The position numbers and the translations under genes are program-made. A stretch of DNA of 64,000 nt, from contig JAZDFD010000023.1 of the NCBI GenBank assembly GCA_043808155.1, positions 1 through 64,000 on the forward strand, read 5' to 3'. The notes beneath the pieces were generated by a model. That model made no database searches. It worked only from the letters and a program-made list of their open reading frames with translations, and was not told the DNA's origin. Positions 39,672 to 49,584 of this stretch are shown one piece after another (within the stretch, counting starts at the first letter, position 1; the number at the start of each line of letters is the position of its first letter). This stretch comes from Candidatus Iainarchaeum sp. GTDB taxonomy: Archaea > Iainarchaeota > Iainarchaeia > Iainarchaeales > JAZDFD01.

Positions 39672-40481
39672 TTATTCTGCCTTTCGATCATAACTAAAAG
39701 GTTCACTTGGTCTTTTTGTAGATCTATGTCCCTGTGCAGTCTGACTTGCCTCGTATTGTTCATTCCAACTTTGTTTTCCTTTTTCTCCTTTTAAGTATTC
39801 AACATGTTCTTTATCTTTTGCTAATTGAGAACGTGCTTGTTTCAGCTGTTGGTTCATTTCCCAAAGCTGACCAGGTTTAGTTTTTTCACGGAACGTCGCG
39901 ATTGGAGCGAACATATAATCTAATGCTGTTTTAACCCAATGACCACGAACAATGCCCTCAATATGCTGACGTATAGGCCGCCACCTTTTTTTACCTTGTG
40001 GTCCTTTGTCATCCTTTCTTTTATCAATTGCTGCTTTCATATTCTCAATTCCAGCTTCAGATCTTTTTAGATGATCTTCCCACGCAGCCATTGCTTGTTC
40101 ATAAGGTGTTTTTGCTTTGTGTTCTGATTGATAAAAATGAAGATCTTTTGGGATTTTAATGCCACGTCTTTCCAGTTCTTCTCTTACTCTCTCAGGGAGT
40201 GCACCACTTTCTCTTACACTAACGCCTTCAATTCGTGTAATCACTTTTCCATTAAAATCTCTGATAACTGCATCTACCCTTGCAGGAATATCCTTGAGTG
40301 TATTTCCCTGTGTGTGTTCTATTTCAATAGTTGGCCCGTCCTGAGCTAATGTTAATCTTTGGCCCGGAATACGTATTGGTTCGTGTTTTTCATGAAATAC
40401 GTCAACAATAGGCTTTCTCACACCGACATTTACATGTGGCTGAAATTCGACATTAGCATCTGACCTAACCCTTGTAACCAC
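39672..40481 (-). CDS. Hypothetical basic protein (orphan); N-terminus paralogous to 40517..40702
   Basis: 269-aa ORF; reading frame extends to an ATA at 40505 placed after a GGTGA RBS. Confidence 0.65.
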   Translation of the reverse strand: MVTRVRSDANVEFQPHVNVGVRKPIVDVFHEKHEPIRIPGQRLTLAQDGPTIEIEHTQGNTLKDIPARVDAVIRDFNGKVITRIEGVSVRESGALPERVREELERRGIKIPKDLHFYQSEHKAKTPYEQAMAAWEDHLKRSEAGIENMKAAIDKRKDDKGPQGKKRWRPIRQHIEGIVRGHWVKTALDYMFAPIATFREKTKPGQLWEMNQQLKQARSQLAKDKEHVEYLKGEKGKQSWNEQYEASQTAQGHRSTKRPSEPFSYDRKAE

Positions 40482-40516
40482 GGACTTTTTTCTACGGGGT
40501 GTTATTTAAATCACCA

Positions 40517-40702
40517 TTATTTGAAGAAATTTTTCGGTATTTTTTTACCTGTTTTGAATTTTTCTGTTTGTCCTGTTTCTTTGAATACGTTTACAACTGG
40601 CTTTTTCACACCAACATTTGTATTTGATCTAAATTGCACATTTGCATCAGATCTTACATTAGTTACTACTGGCTTTTTTATTGGTCTTCTTGGTTTTGGC
40701 AT
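40517..40702 (-). CDS. Small basic hypothetical protein
   Basis: MPKPRRPIKKPVVTNVRSDANVQF; shares about 30 aa with the downstream gene. Confidence 0.6.
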   Translation of the reverse strand: MPKPRRPIKKPVVTNVRSDANVQFRSNTNVGVKKPVVNVFKETGQTEKFKTGKKIPKNFFK

Positions 40703-40772
40703 AATACATCACGCTCCTTATATCTAATAAGTCCTAAAGATTATTTAAAGATTCCTAAGTTTGTCTTTGAGA

Positions 40773-41549
40773 TTACGTGAACATCGGAGTATGACCTGAA
40801 GAGAGTTCAAGTTCCTTTACTTGATCACCTGTATTTTTGATGTCTTTCATGTGTTTTATCAGGGACTGTTCAACATCCTGGGCTTCTTTCATTAGGGGCT
40901 CAACATCAATTTTGAATTTTAAGATTGAACTGAGCTTTTTCATAACCGCAGCCGCAGCTGTGTAATCTGCTGCAGATTCAACATTACCCATCAAAGAATA
41001 AGCATCAATTTTTTTATTCATCAACTCAAGCAAAATTAAAGCAGTAACTCCTGTTGTAATTCCCTCTCTAATAATTTCAATATCATTGGCTTTCAGAAGT
41101 TTCTTTGTTTTTTGATTTGACGCAATACCATAAATCTCTGTAGTGTGCTCTCCTTCTGGCGTTGCTTTAATTCCTGAAAGTGAAATTATTTTGGTTATTT
41201 TCTTTTCTTCAATCCATTTAACAACTGCTTTTGCAAGTTTAGCAGTATGGTTCTGCGGAATAACCTGTTCTGAAACAAGCACAACTAATTTCATTTTTTT
41301 GCTGAAATAAATTCTTGATGGAAAAACCGGCAATCCCTCATGAATTCTTATAATTGGTACAAACATACCTGAATCAATATAACCAAGCTGTTCAAATTCC
41401 ATTTTATCTACAATATATTTTGCACAAATAGTTCCGACTAATCCCATTCCGGGAAAGCCCTCAATCAATGTGAATCCTTTCAAATCCACTTTCTTAAATT
41501 CAACAAATTTTATATCTCCAATCTCTTTTTTTTCAATTTTAACTGCCAT
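40773..41549 (-). CDS. Proteasome assembly chaperone (PAC2 family)
   Basis: LIEGFPGMGLVGTI, PSRIY, ITGV-type motif. Confidence 0.88.
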   Translation of the reverse strand: MAVKIEKKEIGDIKFVEFKKVDLKGFTLIEGFPGMGLVGTICAKYIVDKMEFEQLGYIDSGMFVPIIRIHEGLPVFPSRIYFSKKMKLVVLVSEQVIPQNHTAKLAKAVVKWIEEKKITKIISLSGIKATPEGEHTTEIYGIASNQKTKKLLKANDIEIIREGITTGVTALILLELMNKKIDAYSLMGNVESAADYTAAAAVMKKLSSILKFKIDVEPLMKEAQDVEQSLIKHMKDIKNTGDQVKELELSSGHTPMFT

Positions 41550-41595
41550 TTACATCACATTATTAGAAAGTTTAAACCGATTAATAAGGGTTTGC

Positions 41596-42510
41596 TCAAA
41601 TTCCCTGTGCAATCAGAAATGCAGCAAAACTTAAGGGAACTAAAACTACTGCGTAAAGAATTGCATTCTTTATGTTGCCCTCCTGATTTGCAATAAATAG
41701 TGACGCAATAATTGCATACTCTATAATGTAAATTTTTGTTCCAAAAAGCGCAGCTTCAAAAATTTCTTTTCTTTCCAATGCACTCATTCCCAGTTCAAGA
41801 CCCTCAATAATTGAAAAATTCATTCCGGAAACCATGCCTGAAAGCAGACCCAAAATTACAGGCACAATAATCCCTCCTGCAAAAATAAGCGTGTATTTTT
41901 CAATAATCAAAGTTGATACACGTTCACGCAGAATTTCATTAGTTTCAAGTATATCTTCCGCTGTTTCCTTGAAAATTTGGCTCATATCTGCACCTGATTT
42001 ATAGCCGTGGATGAGAAGGGTTATGGCACGATCAATCACCCTGCTTTTGCATCTGTTTTTGATGCTTAAGAGTGCCTCTTCAACAGAAGCACCCTTTTGA
42101 ATCTCATTATATGCTGTCTTGAATTCATTTCCCAAAAGTCCATAATCTGCTTCGCCCACATACTTAATCATTCGAGTTACTTCCGTTCCTTTTGGAAAAA
42201 CAGGTGCCTGAAGCAATAAATCAGGGACCATTAGCTCCTTATTACTTTTATCTCGCTCAAAGGAAAGGGCTGCGAGTGAGTATTTCAAAATCAGGGGTAA
42301 TATTAGAAAAATAAATGAAATCCCTGTTATGTATAAGACATCAAAGTCCAGCAAGGTCAAAATTCCAATTGATATCAAAGAAAAAATAATTCCTAATTTT
42401 ATATTTTCTATAACAAAAATTTCGAGTTTAATTCCCAGAAGATTTTCAAAATTATTTATTTTTTCACTTTCAAGAAACAAATTAACCCATGTTTCAACTC
42501 TCTTGCCCAT
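41596..42510 (-). CDS. Type II secretion system F-family (TadC-like) protein
   Basis: YGLLGNEF...IQKGASVEEAL...KSGADM. Confidence 0.85.
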   Translation of the reverse strand: MGKRVETWVNLFLESEKINNFENLLGIKLEIFVIENIKLGIIFSLISIGILTLLDFDVLYITGISFIFLILPLILKYSLAALSFERDKSNKELMVPDLLLQAPVFPKGTEVTRMIKYVGEADYGLLGNEFKTAYNEIQKGASVEEALLSIKNRCKSRVIDRAITLLIHGYKSGADMSQIFKETAEDILETNEILRERVSTLIIEKYTLIFAGGIIVPVILGLLSGMVSGMNFSIIEGLELGMSALERKEIFEAALFGTKIYIIEYAIIASLFIANQEGNIKNAILYAVVLVPLSFAAFLIAQGI

Positions 42511-43335
42511 TTAATCCCTCATAAAAATAGGTGTTTTATTTCTGATGTAAATTAAAATCGCAATATCAAGCAATGGAAAAACAAGTGTAACAATCAAAAA
42601 AACCTGAATTGCATTAAAACTAAGTTTAAGAAACATTGAACCAACAATAATAAATGCCTGAAAAATTGCAGGTACGATTGCAGAAACTGCAACAAACATC
42701 AGTGAAAACACAACAAGTTTCCCTGAAAATTCTTTACTTTCTGTTTTCTGCCTGCTTAAAATTTCTGAGGAAATTTTTTTCAGTGCATCTCCTGAGTTTT
42801 TGCCTTTGCTTCCCTGTGAATAAATTGCAGAAATTTGAGCAACTGCTCTTTTCAGCATTAATGAATCAATTCTCTCTGTTAAATGAAGTAATGCTTCACT
42901 CAAACTGGAACCACTTTCGTTAATTTCATTTGAAACTTTTTTGAATTCCGAAGAAACTAAACCATAATTTTCTTTTGAAATATTGTTAATTGATTGTTCA
43001 AACGGAATTTTCAAATTCATTTCAACTGCCATCGCACTCATTGCAAAAGGAAATTCTTTTTCAAATTCTTTTGCAGCTCTTTTCTTTTTTCGGATCGGCA
43101 AATACAGATAGAAACAGAAACATATTAATGAACAAAGAAGCCCTGTTGCAAGTGATTCAATTATTTGAAAAGTCAAAAGACCCGAAACTAACCATATCCC
43201 AATCCCTGCAAGAGAAGAATACATCAGTGATTCTTCAAGATATTTTTTAGAATCTTTTTTCATATTCGCAGATTTTAGATTTTGTGCAAGACCTTTATTT
43301 ATTTTTCCAAATCCATTTCTAAAAAATCTCATCAT
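42511..43335 (-). CDS. Type II secretion system F-family (TadB-like) protein
   Basis: EKEFPFAM...YGLVSSEF...SGSSLSEAL. Confidence 0.85.
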   Translation of the reverse strand: MMRFFRNGFGKINKGLAQNLKSANMKKDSKKYLEESLMYSSLAGIGIWLVSGLLTFQIIESLATGLLCSLICFCFYLYLPIRKKKRAAKEFEKEFPFAMSAMAVEMNLKIPFEQSINNISKENYGLVSSEFKKVSNEINESGSSLSEALLHLTERIDSLMLKRAVAQISAIYSQGSKGKNSGDALKKISSEILSRQKTESKEFSGKLVVFSLMFVAVSAIVPAIFQAFIIVGSMFLKLSFNAIQVFLIVTLVFPLLDIAILIYIRNKTPIFMRD

Positions 43336-45112
43336 TATTCACTTCTTCAAAAAATTGGTTCATTTTCATTTCTGAAAATTTGTGTGCATCTAAAAATTTC
43401 TGTTTGTTTTTTAGATTTTTTCGGATTTCTTCTTTTTTGCAGGAAAATAATTTCACTACTTTATCTGCTATTTTAATACTTTCATTAATTTTCTTTAATT
43501 TTTGATTTTTGTAATCAAACTCAAATATTTTATTAAGCAGAATTTGATTTTCATCTCTAATGACTTCTGCAACCTCAACTATCCGCCTTATTTCATTGCC
43601 TTTGCTGCTGCCGCTAAAATTTTTCCATCTCCTTTGAATTACTATTAAATCAATGGCACCTATGTCGATGTCCAAGATTCCATGTTTTTTCAATCTTGTT
43701 ATCGCTTCTGTTGTTGACTGTGCATGAAATGTTGCATAACTTCCACGTCCCTGACCTGCAAGTAGCGTATCTATGAATGCTGAAATTTCATCACGAGTTC
43801 TAATTTCCCCCACAATAATTCTGTCTGGTCTCATCCTCAAAGTTTCCGAAATGAGTTCTTGCATTCCAATTTCAAGGTTTTCCACCACATTCAGCTTGAC
43901 AATCTGTTTATGCGGTAATGAAATCTCAGGTGTTTCTTCCGTTATTACAATTCTTTCATTTTTTGGCACAAATGAAAAAAGTGAATTAAGTGTTGTGGTT
44001 TTTCCTGACCCTGTATTCCCCGCAATCAGTATTGATGAATCTGTTTGAATCGCCAGCCATAAAAATGCCATCAATTCAGAACTGCATGTTTTGTTTCTTA
44101 TAAGATCTAAAGGAGTGAATGCATCCTTTCTGAATTTTCTAATTGTAAATGTTGGGCCGAACAAAGAAACAGGATTTATAGTTGCATTTAATCTGCTCCC
44201 GTCTGGTAAAAAAGCATTCAATTTAGGTGTTTGCATTGCAAGTCTTCGTCCAATACCACGCGCCATTCTATTTACTGTGTTTTTTATTGCGTCCTCATTC
44301 GCATAATAGAAATTAGTTTCAAGCCAACCATGATTTCTGTGAAAAACATAAACTGGTTTTTCAGAACCAATTCCTATTGCTGCAATTTCTTCAATATCCT
44401 GATTCTCAAGAATTGATGAAAGCGGTCCAAAACCCTGAATCTGCGATTTCAGAATATTCAGAATGTATTCTTTTTGTTCTGAATCAAGTTCAATTAAATT
44501 ATCTGTGCAATGTGTTTTCAGAGTATTATAAATTTCATTTTCTGTAACCTTTCTTTTATCATCTGCTTTGAATTTTTCTAGAACTTCTTTTACAAGAACT
44601 GCTTCATGTTTTGTTATTGCGGGAAATCCCTTAACAAGATATTTTTTTTCGTTTTGCACGTTAACAATTTCAAATTTTTCCGAGTTTTCTATACTTCGTG
44701 ATTTGTTCATTTCTTTCAGTATGCCCCATCCTAAAATATTTTCGATTTCACGTGTATTTTTTTTATTTTCTTTTATTAAAATGGCATTTTTTTTACATGC
44801 GCGGATACACTGAATAAAAAAATCATTTGATGCACAAAGATTGCATTTTGATGCTTTTCCATTAACAAACCCAATTGCATTTTTAGGGCATGCTTCCAGA
44901 CACGCTCCACATCCATTACATAATTCAGAATCAATACTTAAAATCCCCTCTGCAATTTCATAAATTGCATTTACGTTACATGCGTTTTTACATTCTGCAT
45001 TTTCAGTATCGCAGTGTTTACACTGCAAAGCATTAACTGAAAGTAAATTAGGGCAGTTTGCCATGCATTGCTTACATTGATCACATTTATCTTTATCAAG
45101 ATATAATTCCAC
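43319..45112 (-). CDS. CpaF/TadA-family pilus ATPase with N-terminal multi-[4Fe-4S] ferredoxin domain
   Basis: N-terminal CDQCKQCMANCP, CKHC..C..AC, CNGCGACLEACP, CNLC..C..AC; ATPase GNTGSGKTT, LRMRPDRIIVGEIR, ATFHA. Confidence 0.9.
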   Translation of the reverse strand: MELYLDKDKCDQCKQCMANCPNLLSVNALQCKHCDTENAECKNACNVNAIYEIAEGILSIDSELCNGCGACLEACPKNAIGFVNGKASKCNLCASNDFFIQCIRACKKNAILIKENKKNTREIENILGWGILKEMNKSRSIENSEKFEIVNVQNEKKYLVKGFPAITKHEAVLVKEVLEKFKADDKRKVTENEIYNTLKTHCTDNLIELDSEQKEYILNILKSQIQGFGPLSSILENQDIEEIAAIGIGSEKPVYVFHRNHGWLETNFYYANEDAIKNTVNRMARGIGRRLAMQTPKLNAFLPDGSRLNATINPVSLFGPTFTIRKFRKDAFTPLDLIRNKTCSSELMAFLWLAIQTDSSILIAGNTGSGKTTTLNSLFSFVPKNERIVITEETPEISLPHKQIVKLNVVENLEIGMQELISETLRMRPDRIIVGEIRTRDEISAFIDTLLAGQGRGSYATFHAQSTTEAITRLKKHGILDIDIGAIDLIVIQRRWKNFSGSSKGNEIRRIVEVAEVIRDENQILLNKIFEFDYKNQKLKKINESIKIADKVVKLFSCKKEEIRKNLKNKQKFLDAHKFSEMKMNQFFEEVNNDEIF

Positions 45113-45163
45113 TCAACCAACTCTCTTATTTCTATTAAAATATGAATGAAATTTTATTTAAGC

Positions 45164-46105
45164 TTATGCTCCAACAACAAAAAGCCGAGCATACATATAA
45201 ATAAAATAACACCCAATAAGCACAACTGCCTCGGGTTTTGTCAAATCATGCTTCCTATACAAAAACAATAATGCAAGTAAAGTAACTAACCCCATAATAG
45301 GAATGTCCAGCGCAAGTACTGTTTCATCCACAACAAAACCTGAAACACTTGCACCAAGGCCTACAACAAATAATGAATTGTTTATATTGCTCCCTATCAA
45401 ATTTCCGATTGAAAGCTCTGTCTGACCTTTAAGCAAAGCCATAAGCGAAACCGTTAATTCTGGAAGCGATGTTCCAAGACCAATAAGCAACCCTATTGTA
45501 AGTTCTCTAACACCATATGATTTTGCAATAAAAATACTCTGTGAAACAACGATATCACTTGTGTAAATAACTGCTGCTAAACCAACCAAAATCATTACAA
45601 AATCGACCAGTGGATTTTTGCTATGATTATGCTGGGCTTTTTCAACAATTTTTTCTGTTTTTGCTAAATAAAGAAGATAAAACATATTTAGTATTATCAA
45701 AAATGCACCCTCTTCTTTTGAAATAAATCCATTCATAGATGCAATAGTAAAAATTATCATTGAAGCAACAAGCATCAATCCATCACGTTTGAGATTTTTT
45801 CTACCAATTGTAAGAACTGCAAAAAATCCCACAATCCCCAAAATCAAAGTAATGTTTGAGATATTACTCCCAATAATAGTGCCTATTGCAATACTACTTG
45901 TTTCAATTCCCTGAAGTCTCTCAAAAGCAGCAGCCAGTGTTGTTGCAATTTCCGGAAGAGATGTTCCTATGGACACAACTGTCAGGCCTATTATCAATTC
46001 GTTAATATTCAATGCCTGAGCTATTTTCTTTGCACCATTAACAACTAATGATGCCCCCAGAACTAATCCCCCAAGACCAACTACTAATACAACCCATTCG
46101 AACAT
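45164..46105 (-). CDS. Ca2+/Na+ antiporter (CaCA/YrbG family)
   Basis: Two GTSLPE alpha-repeats and two GSNI motifs. Confidence 0.92.
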   Translation of the reverse strand: MFEWVVLVVGLGGLVLGASLVVNGAKKIAQALNINELIIGLTVVSIGTSLPEIATTLAAAFERLQGIETSSIAIGTIIGSNISNITLILGIVGFFAVLTIGRKNLKRDGLMLVASMIIFTIASMNGFISKEEGAFLIILNMFYLLYLAKTEKIVEKAQHNHSKNPLVDFVMILVGLAAVIYTSDIVVSQSIFIAKSYGVRELTIGLLIGLGTSLPELTVSLMALLKGQTELSIGNLIGSNINNSLFVVGLGASVSGFVVDETVLALDIPIMGLVTLLALLFLYRKHDLTKPEAVVLIGCYFIYMYARLFVVGA

Positions 46106-46110
46106 TCTTA

Positions 46111-48708
46111 TTACCTTTCAAAAATTCTTGAAATATACGGGACAATTAACGCAGGCAAACTTAATAATATTACCACTAACCATTCCCCTGTCAATGGAAC
46201 AATTTTCATTGCATCTGCAAACATTGGAACATACATCACAATTAAATGAACTAAAAATGAACCTGTGACAGCTAACACAAGTATTTTATTACTAAACAAA
46301 GGCATTTCAAAAACTGTTTTATCTTCTGATCTGCAGTTGAAAACTAAAATTAATTCAAAAAGAATTAATGTAGTAAGTGCCATTGTTAATGCAGTTTCAT
46401 AATTTGTGGAAAAACCAATCAGAAATGCAATTAAAGTTGAAATTCCGGTTAAAAGTCCCCCTACTAAAATAAATGCAGGCATTTTATGAAGCAATGTTTC
46501 ATTTTTTGGTCTTGGCGGTCTGTGCATTTCACTTTTGTCAAGTCCCTCCCTGCTAAGTGCAAGTGCAGGTATCCCGTCAGTAACTAAATTAACCCACAAA
46601 ATCTGTATTGGAAGCAAAGGCAGGGGAAAGTCAAAAAACAGTGCGTTAACTAATGTTGCAAAACCAATAACAAAAACTTCACCAGTGTTTGCAGTCAGTA
46701 AATATCTTATGAATGATTTAATGTTAGAATAAATTTTTCTTCCACCCTCAATTGCTTTGACAATTGTTGCAAAATTATCATCCATAATAACAACATCTGC
46801 AGCTCCTTTTGATACATCTGTTCCAGTAATTCCCATCGCAATGCCGATGTCTGCTTCCTGTAGTGCAGGTGCATCATTAACACCATCGCCAGTCATTGCA
46901 ATTACTTTTCCTTTTTTTCTTAAAGCATTAACAATTCTCACTTTATGTTCAGGATTAACCCTTGCAAAAACAGAAATATTTTCAATTTTTTTAAAGAGTT
47001 CATCATCACTCATTTCATCAAGCTGGTTTCCTGTTACATGTAATGAGTTTTCTCTGAAAATGCCAACTTCTTTTGCAACTGCCAATGCAGTCAGTTCATG
47101 GTCCCCTGTAATCATTTTCACATCAATTCCTGCAAGTCTGCATTTTTCAATTGCTTTTTTGACTTCAGGCCTTGGTGCATCAATCATACCGACAAGTCCT
47201 GTAAAAATCAAATTCTGTTCATACTTTTCATTTTCTTTATGTTCTTTGTATGCAAATGCAAGAACACGCAGTCCGTTTTTTGCCATTCTTTTATTGTTTT
47301 CAAGAAGTTCAATTTTGTTTTTTTCTGAAAGTTCAACCACGTTTCCATTAACGCTTATTTTTTTACAGTCCTTCAGTACACTTTCAATAGCGCCTTTCAT
47401 AAACACATATTGTTTTTTTTCTTTTTCAAAAACAACACTCATTTTTTTCCTTTCAGAAGAAAATGGAACTTCTTCAATGAATTTATATTCTTTTAAAAAT
47501 TCGGCTTTCTGAAAATTTTCAGATTCTGCAAATTTAAGAAGTGCAATTTCTGTCGGATCACCAATATTATCTTCTCCTATTTCTGCATTATTACATAGCA
47601 CGCAGTTTTTCAGAATCATTTCTTTTTCATTAGTTTCAGGTATTCCTTCTTCCTCTGCTCTGAAAAAATTATTTCCCAGAAAAATTTCTCTTACCGATAA
47701 TTCACTTTTGGTGATAGTTCCTGTTTTATCAGCGCATATTACACTTACTGAACCAAGAGTTTCAACTGCCAGTATTTTTCTTACAATTGCATTTTGCTTT
47801 GCCATTCTGTGCATTCCCAATGCAAGTGTTATTGTCAGAACAGCAGGAAGCCCTTCTGGAATTGCAGCAACTGCCAGTGCAATTGCACTTTCCAATGTGT
47901 TAATTGTGAATTTTCCAGAAATAAAAACAATTAATGAAAGCGCAAAAATTATTCCGATTATTAAAATACCCAGAACTTTCCCAAGTTTATCAATTTCAAT
48001 TGACAAAGGAGTTTTTGTTTCGTCTTCTTTATGAAGCATTTCTGCAATTTTTCCGATTTCTGTTTTTAATCCTGTATTAACAACAACAGCCTGCCCTCGT
48101 CCATAAGTTACCACGGTTCCCATGTGCAACATATTTATTCTTTCACTAATCTGAATTTTTTCTTTTTGTGTTTCAGTAACTTTTCTTACAGGTATTGATT
48201 CTCCTGTGAGCATACTTTCATTAACCTGTAAATTTATTGATTCGATAATTCGTACATCTGCAGGTATTTTGTCGCCCTCACTTACTATTATTATGTCCCC
48301 GGGTACGAGTTCTTCAGAATTGATAACTTTTTTTATTCCGCTTCTTATAACAAATGCTTTTTGAATTGCCATTTTTTTAAGTGCGTCCATTGCCTTTTCT
48401 GATTTGAATTCTTGAAACAAACCAAGTAGTGCATTAAGAATTACAATTACACCAATGACTAAGGCACCAGTATAATCGCCAATAAGTACATACAATACAA
48501 TTGCAAAAATTAGAACATATACAAGGAAGCTTCTGAACTGGGAAATTAATATTTTTAGAATTCCCGAACCTTCTTTTTCCGGAAGTTTGTTTTCACCGAA
48601 TTCAAGAAGTCTTTTTTCTGCTTCTTTTTGTTCAAGACCCTCTTTTTTGACACCGAGTGCCTTCATCACATCTTTAAAATTAAGTGCATGGGCATTTTCT
48701 AAGCTCAT
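46111..48708 (-). CDS. P-type IIA cation (Ca2+) transporting ATPase
   Basis: TGES, AIPEGLP, DKTGT, MITGD, TGDGVND, LWVNLVTD. Confidence 0.93.
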   Translation of the reverse strand: MSLENAHALNFKDVMKALGVKKEGLEQKEAEKRLLEFGENKLPEKEGSGILKILISQFRSFLVYVLIFAIVLYVLIGDYTGALVIGVIVILNALLGLFQEFKSEKAMDALKKMAIQKAFVIRSGIKKVINSEELVPGDIIIVSEGDKIPADVRIIESINLQVNESMLTGESIPVRKVTETQKEKIQISERINMLHMGTVVTYGRGQAVVVNTGLKTEIGKIAEMLHKEDETKTPLSIEIDKLGKVLGILIIGIIFALSLIVFISGKFTINTLESAIALAVAAIPEGLPAVLTITLALGMHRMAKQNAIVRKILAVETLGSVSVICADKTGTITKSELSVREIFLGNNFFRAEEEGIPETNEKEMILKNCVLCNNAEIGEDNIGDPTEIALLKFAESENFQKAEFLKEYKFIEEVPFSSERKKMSVVFEKEKKQYVFMKGAIESVLKDCKKISVNGNVVELSEKNKIELLENNKRMAKNGLRVLAFAYKEHKENEKYEQNLIFTGLVGMIDAPRPEVKKAIEKCRLAGIDVKMITGDHELTALAVAKEVGIFRENSLHVTGNQLDEMSDDELFKKIENISVFARVNPEHKVRIVNALRKKGKVIAMTGDGVNDAPALQEADIGIAMGITGTDVSKGAADVVIMDDNFATIVKAIEGGRKIYSNIKSFIRYLLTANTGEVFVIGFATLVNALFFDFPLPLLPIQILWVNLVTDGIPALALSREGLDKSEMHRPPRPKNETLLHKMPAFILVGGLLTGISTLIAFLIGFSTNYETALTMALTTLILFELILVFNCRSEDKTVFEMPLFSNKILVLAVTGSFLVHLIVMYVPMFADAMKIVPLTGEWLVVILLSLPALIVPYISRIFER

Positions 48709-48757
48709 GCATAAAATAAGCGTTTAGTATTTAAAAAACAAACCAATTATTCCCAGC

Positions 48758-48916
48758 TTATCTGCCCATATACCTGTCTTTGCATTTCTGAGAGCAAAAA
48801 CTGTGTCTGTATACCGGGTTTGTTTTATCTTGAATGAGCTTACCGCATTCAAGACATTTTTTCTCAGGCAGGTCATACTGATTTGCATTTTTTCGTAACA
48901 TTGAATTGTATGTCAT
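48758..48916 (-). CDS. Small zinc-finger protein (treble-clef/TRASH-like), 52 aa
   Basis: Below the ORF-track size cutoff: MTYNSMLRKNANQYDLPEKKCLECGKLIQDKTNPVYRHSFCSQKCKDRYMGR. Confidence 0.75.
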   Translation of the reverse strand: MTYNSMLRKNANQYDLPEKKCLECGKLIQDKTNPVYRHSFCSQKCKDRYMGR

Positions 48917-49214
48917 ATAAATCTCATTTGCTATACAAACAGTTTAAAAACAATTTTAGTATGCGGAAACAAAGTCTTTCCTTTAAAAAGTTAAATTTCC
49001 AAACCTGCAATGCTTAAATATTTCATCGCAGTCTATATATTGGGTTATATCACCCCCGGATTCTCTAAGAAGGCAAAAGGCGAAGGAGGAAAGTCACAAT
49101 GCGTTTTCGCATATCCCTGGCTTTCCCCTCAATTTCTTATAACTTCATTTCTAACTATTTGGGCAATTAAGAAAATTAAATTAGATGCTAACGCTATTGC
49201 ATCAAATGCTTAAG

Positions 49215-49568
49215 TTATTCCCATTCTAATATGTCATTAAGCTCAATCCCTGATGCTTTCCCTTCAGGCAGTTCAACAAAATAGTAACTTCTTGCTTTTG
49301 GAGTATAACTTGGAGTGAAAGGTTTCAAACTCTTTACAATATCGACTACCTTTTTCGTCTTATCAACATAAACAACATCAATTGGGAAAAAAACAAACAT
49401 CATGTGAATTGTAGCTGACATTTGCGCATCTTTTCCCAAATCAAAAACCAGAGCATAATCAAATTTGGTTTTGTCTTCAAACATCAAACCTTTAGTTTTT
49501 TTCCAGTGCGTGTCTGCAATTTTAACTTTTGACATTATTTGTTTGTTTTTTGTTTTATTAAAAAGCAT
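49215..49568 (-). CDS. DUF192 family protein
   Basis: IADTHWKKTKGLMF, IHMMFVFFPIDVVYVD, YFVELPEG. Confidence 0.88.
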   Translation of the reverse strand: MLFNKTKNKQIMSKVKIADTHWKKTKGLMFEDKTKFDYALVFDLGKDAQMSATIHMMFVFFPIDVVYVDKTKKVVDIVKSLKPFTPSYTPKARSYYFVELPEGKASGIELNDILEWE

Positions 49569-49584
49569 GCAAAATCACGAATGT

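Noticed and set aside
48800-49130. RNase P RNA-like words (GAGGAAAGTC on the + strand; ACAAACCCGG and GAATCCGGG on the - strand)
   Set aside because: P4 and P1 do not pair properly, and the 3' motif lies inside a clear zinc-finger ORF (48758-48916).
49010-49213. 67-aa + strand ORF
   Set aside because: No RBS or recognisable motif; it overlaps the stem-loop region that is better explained as non-coding.
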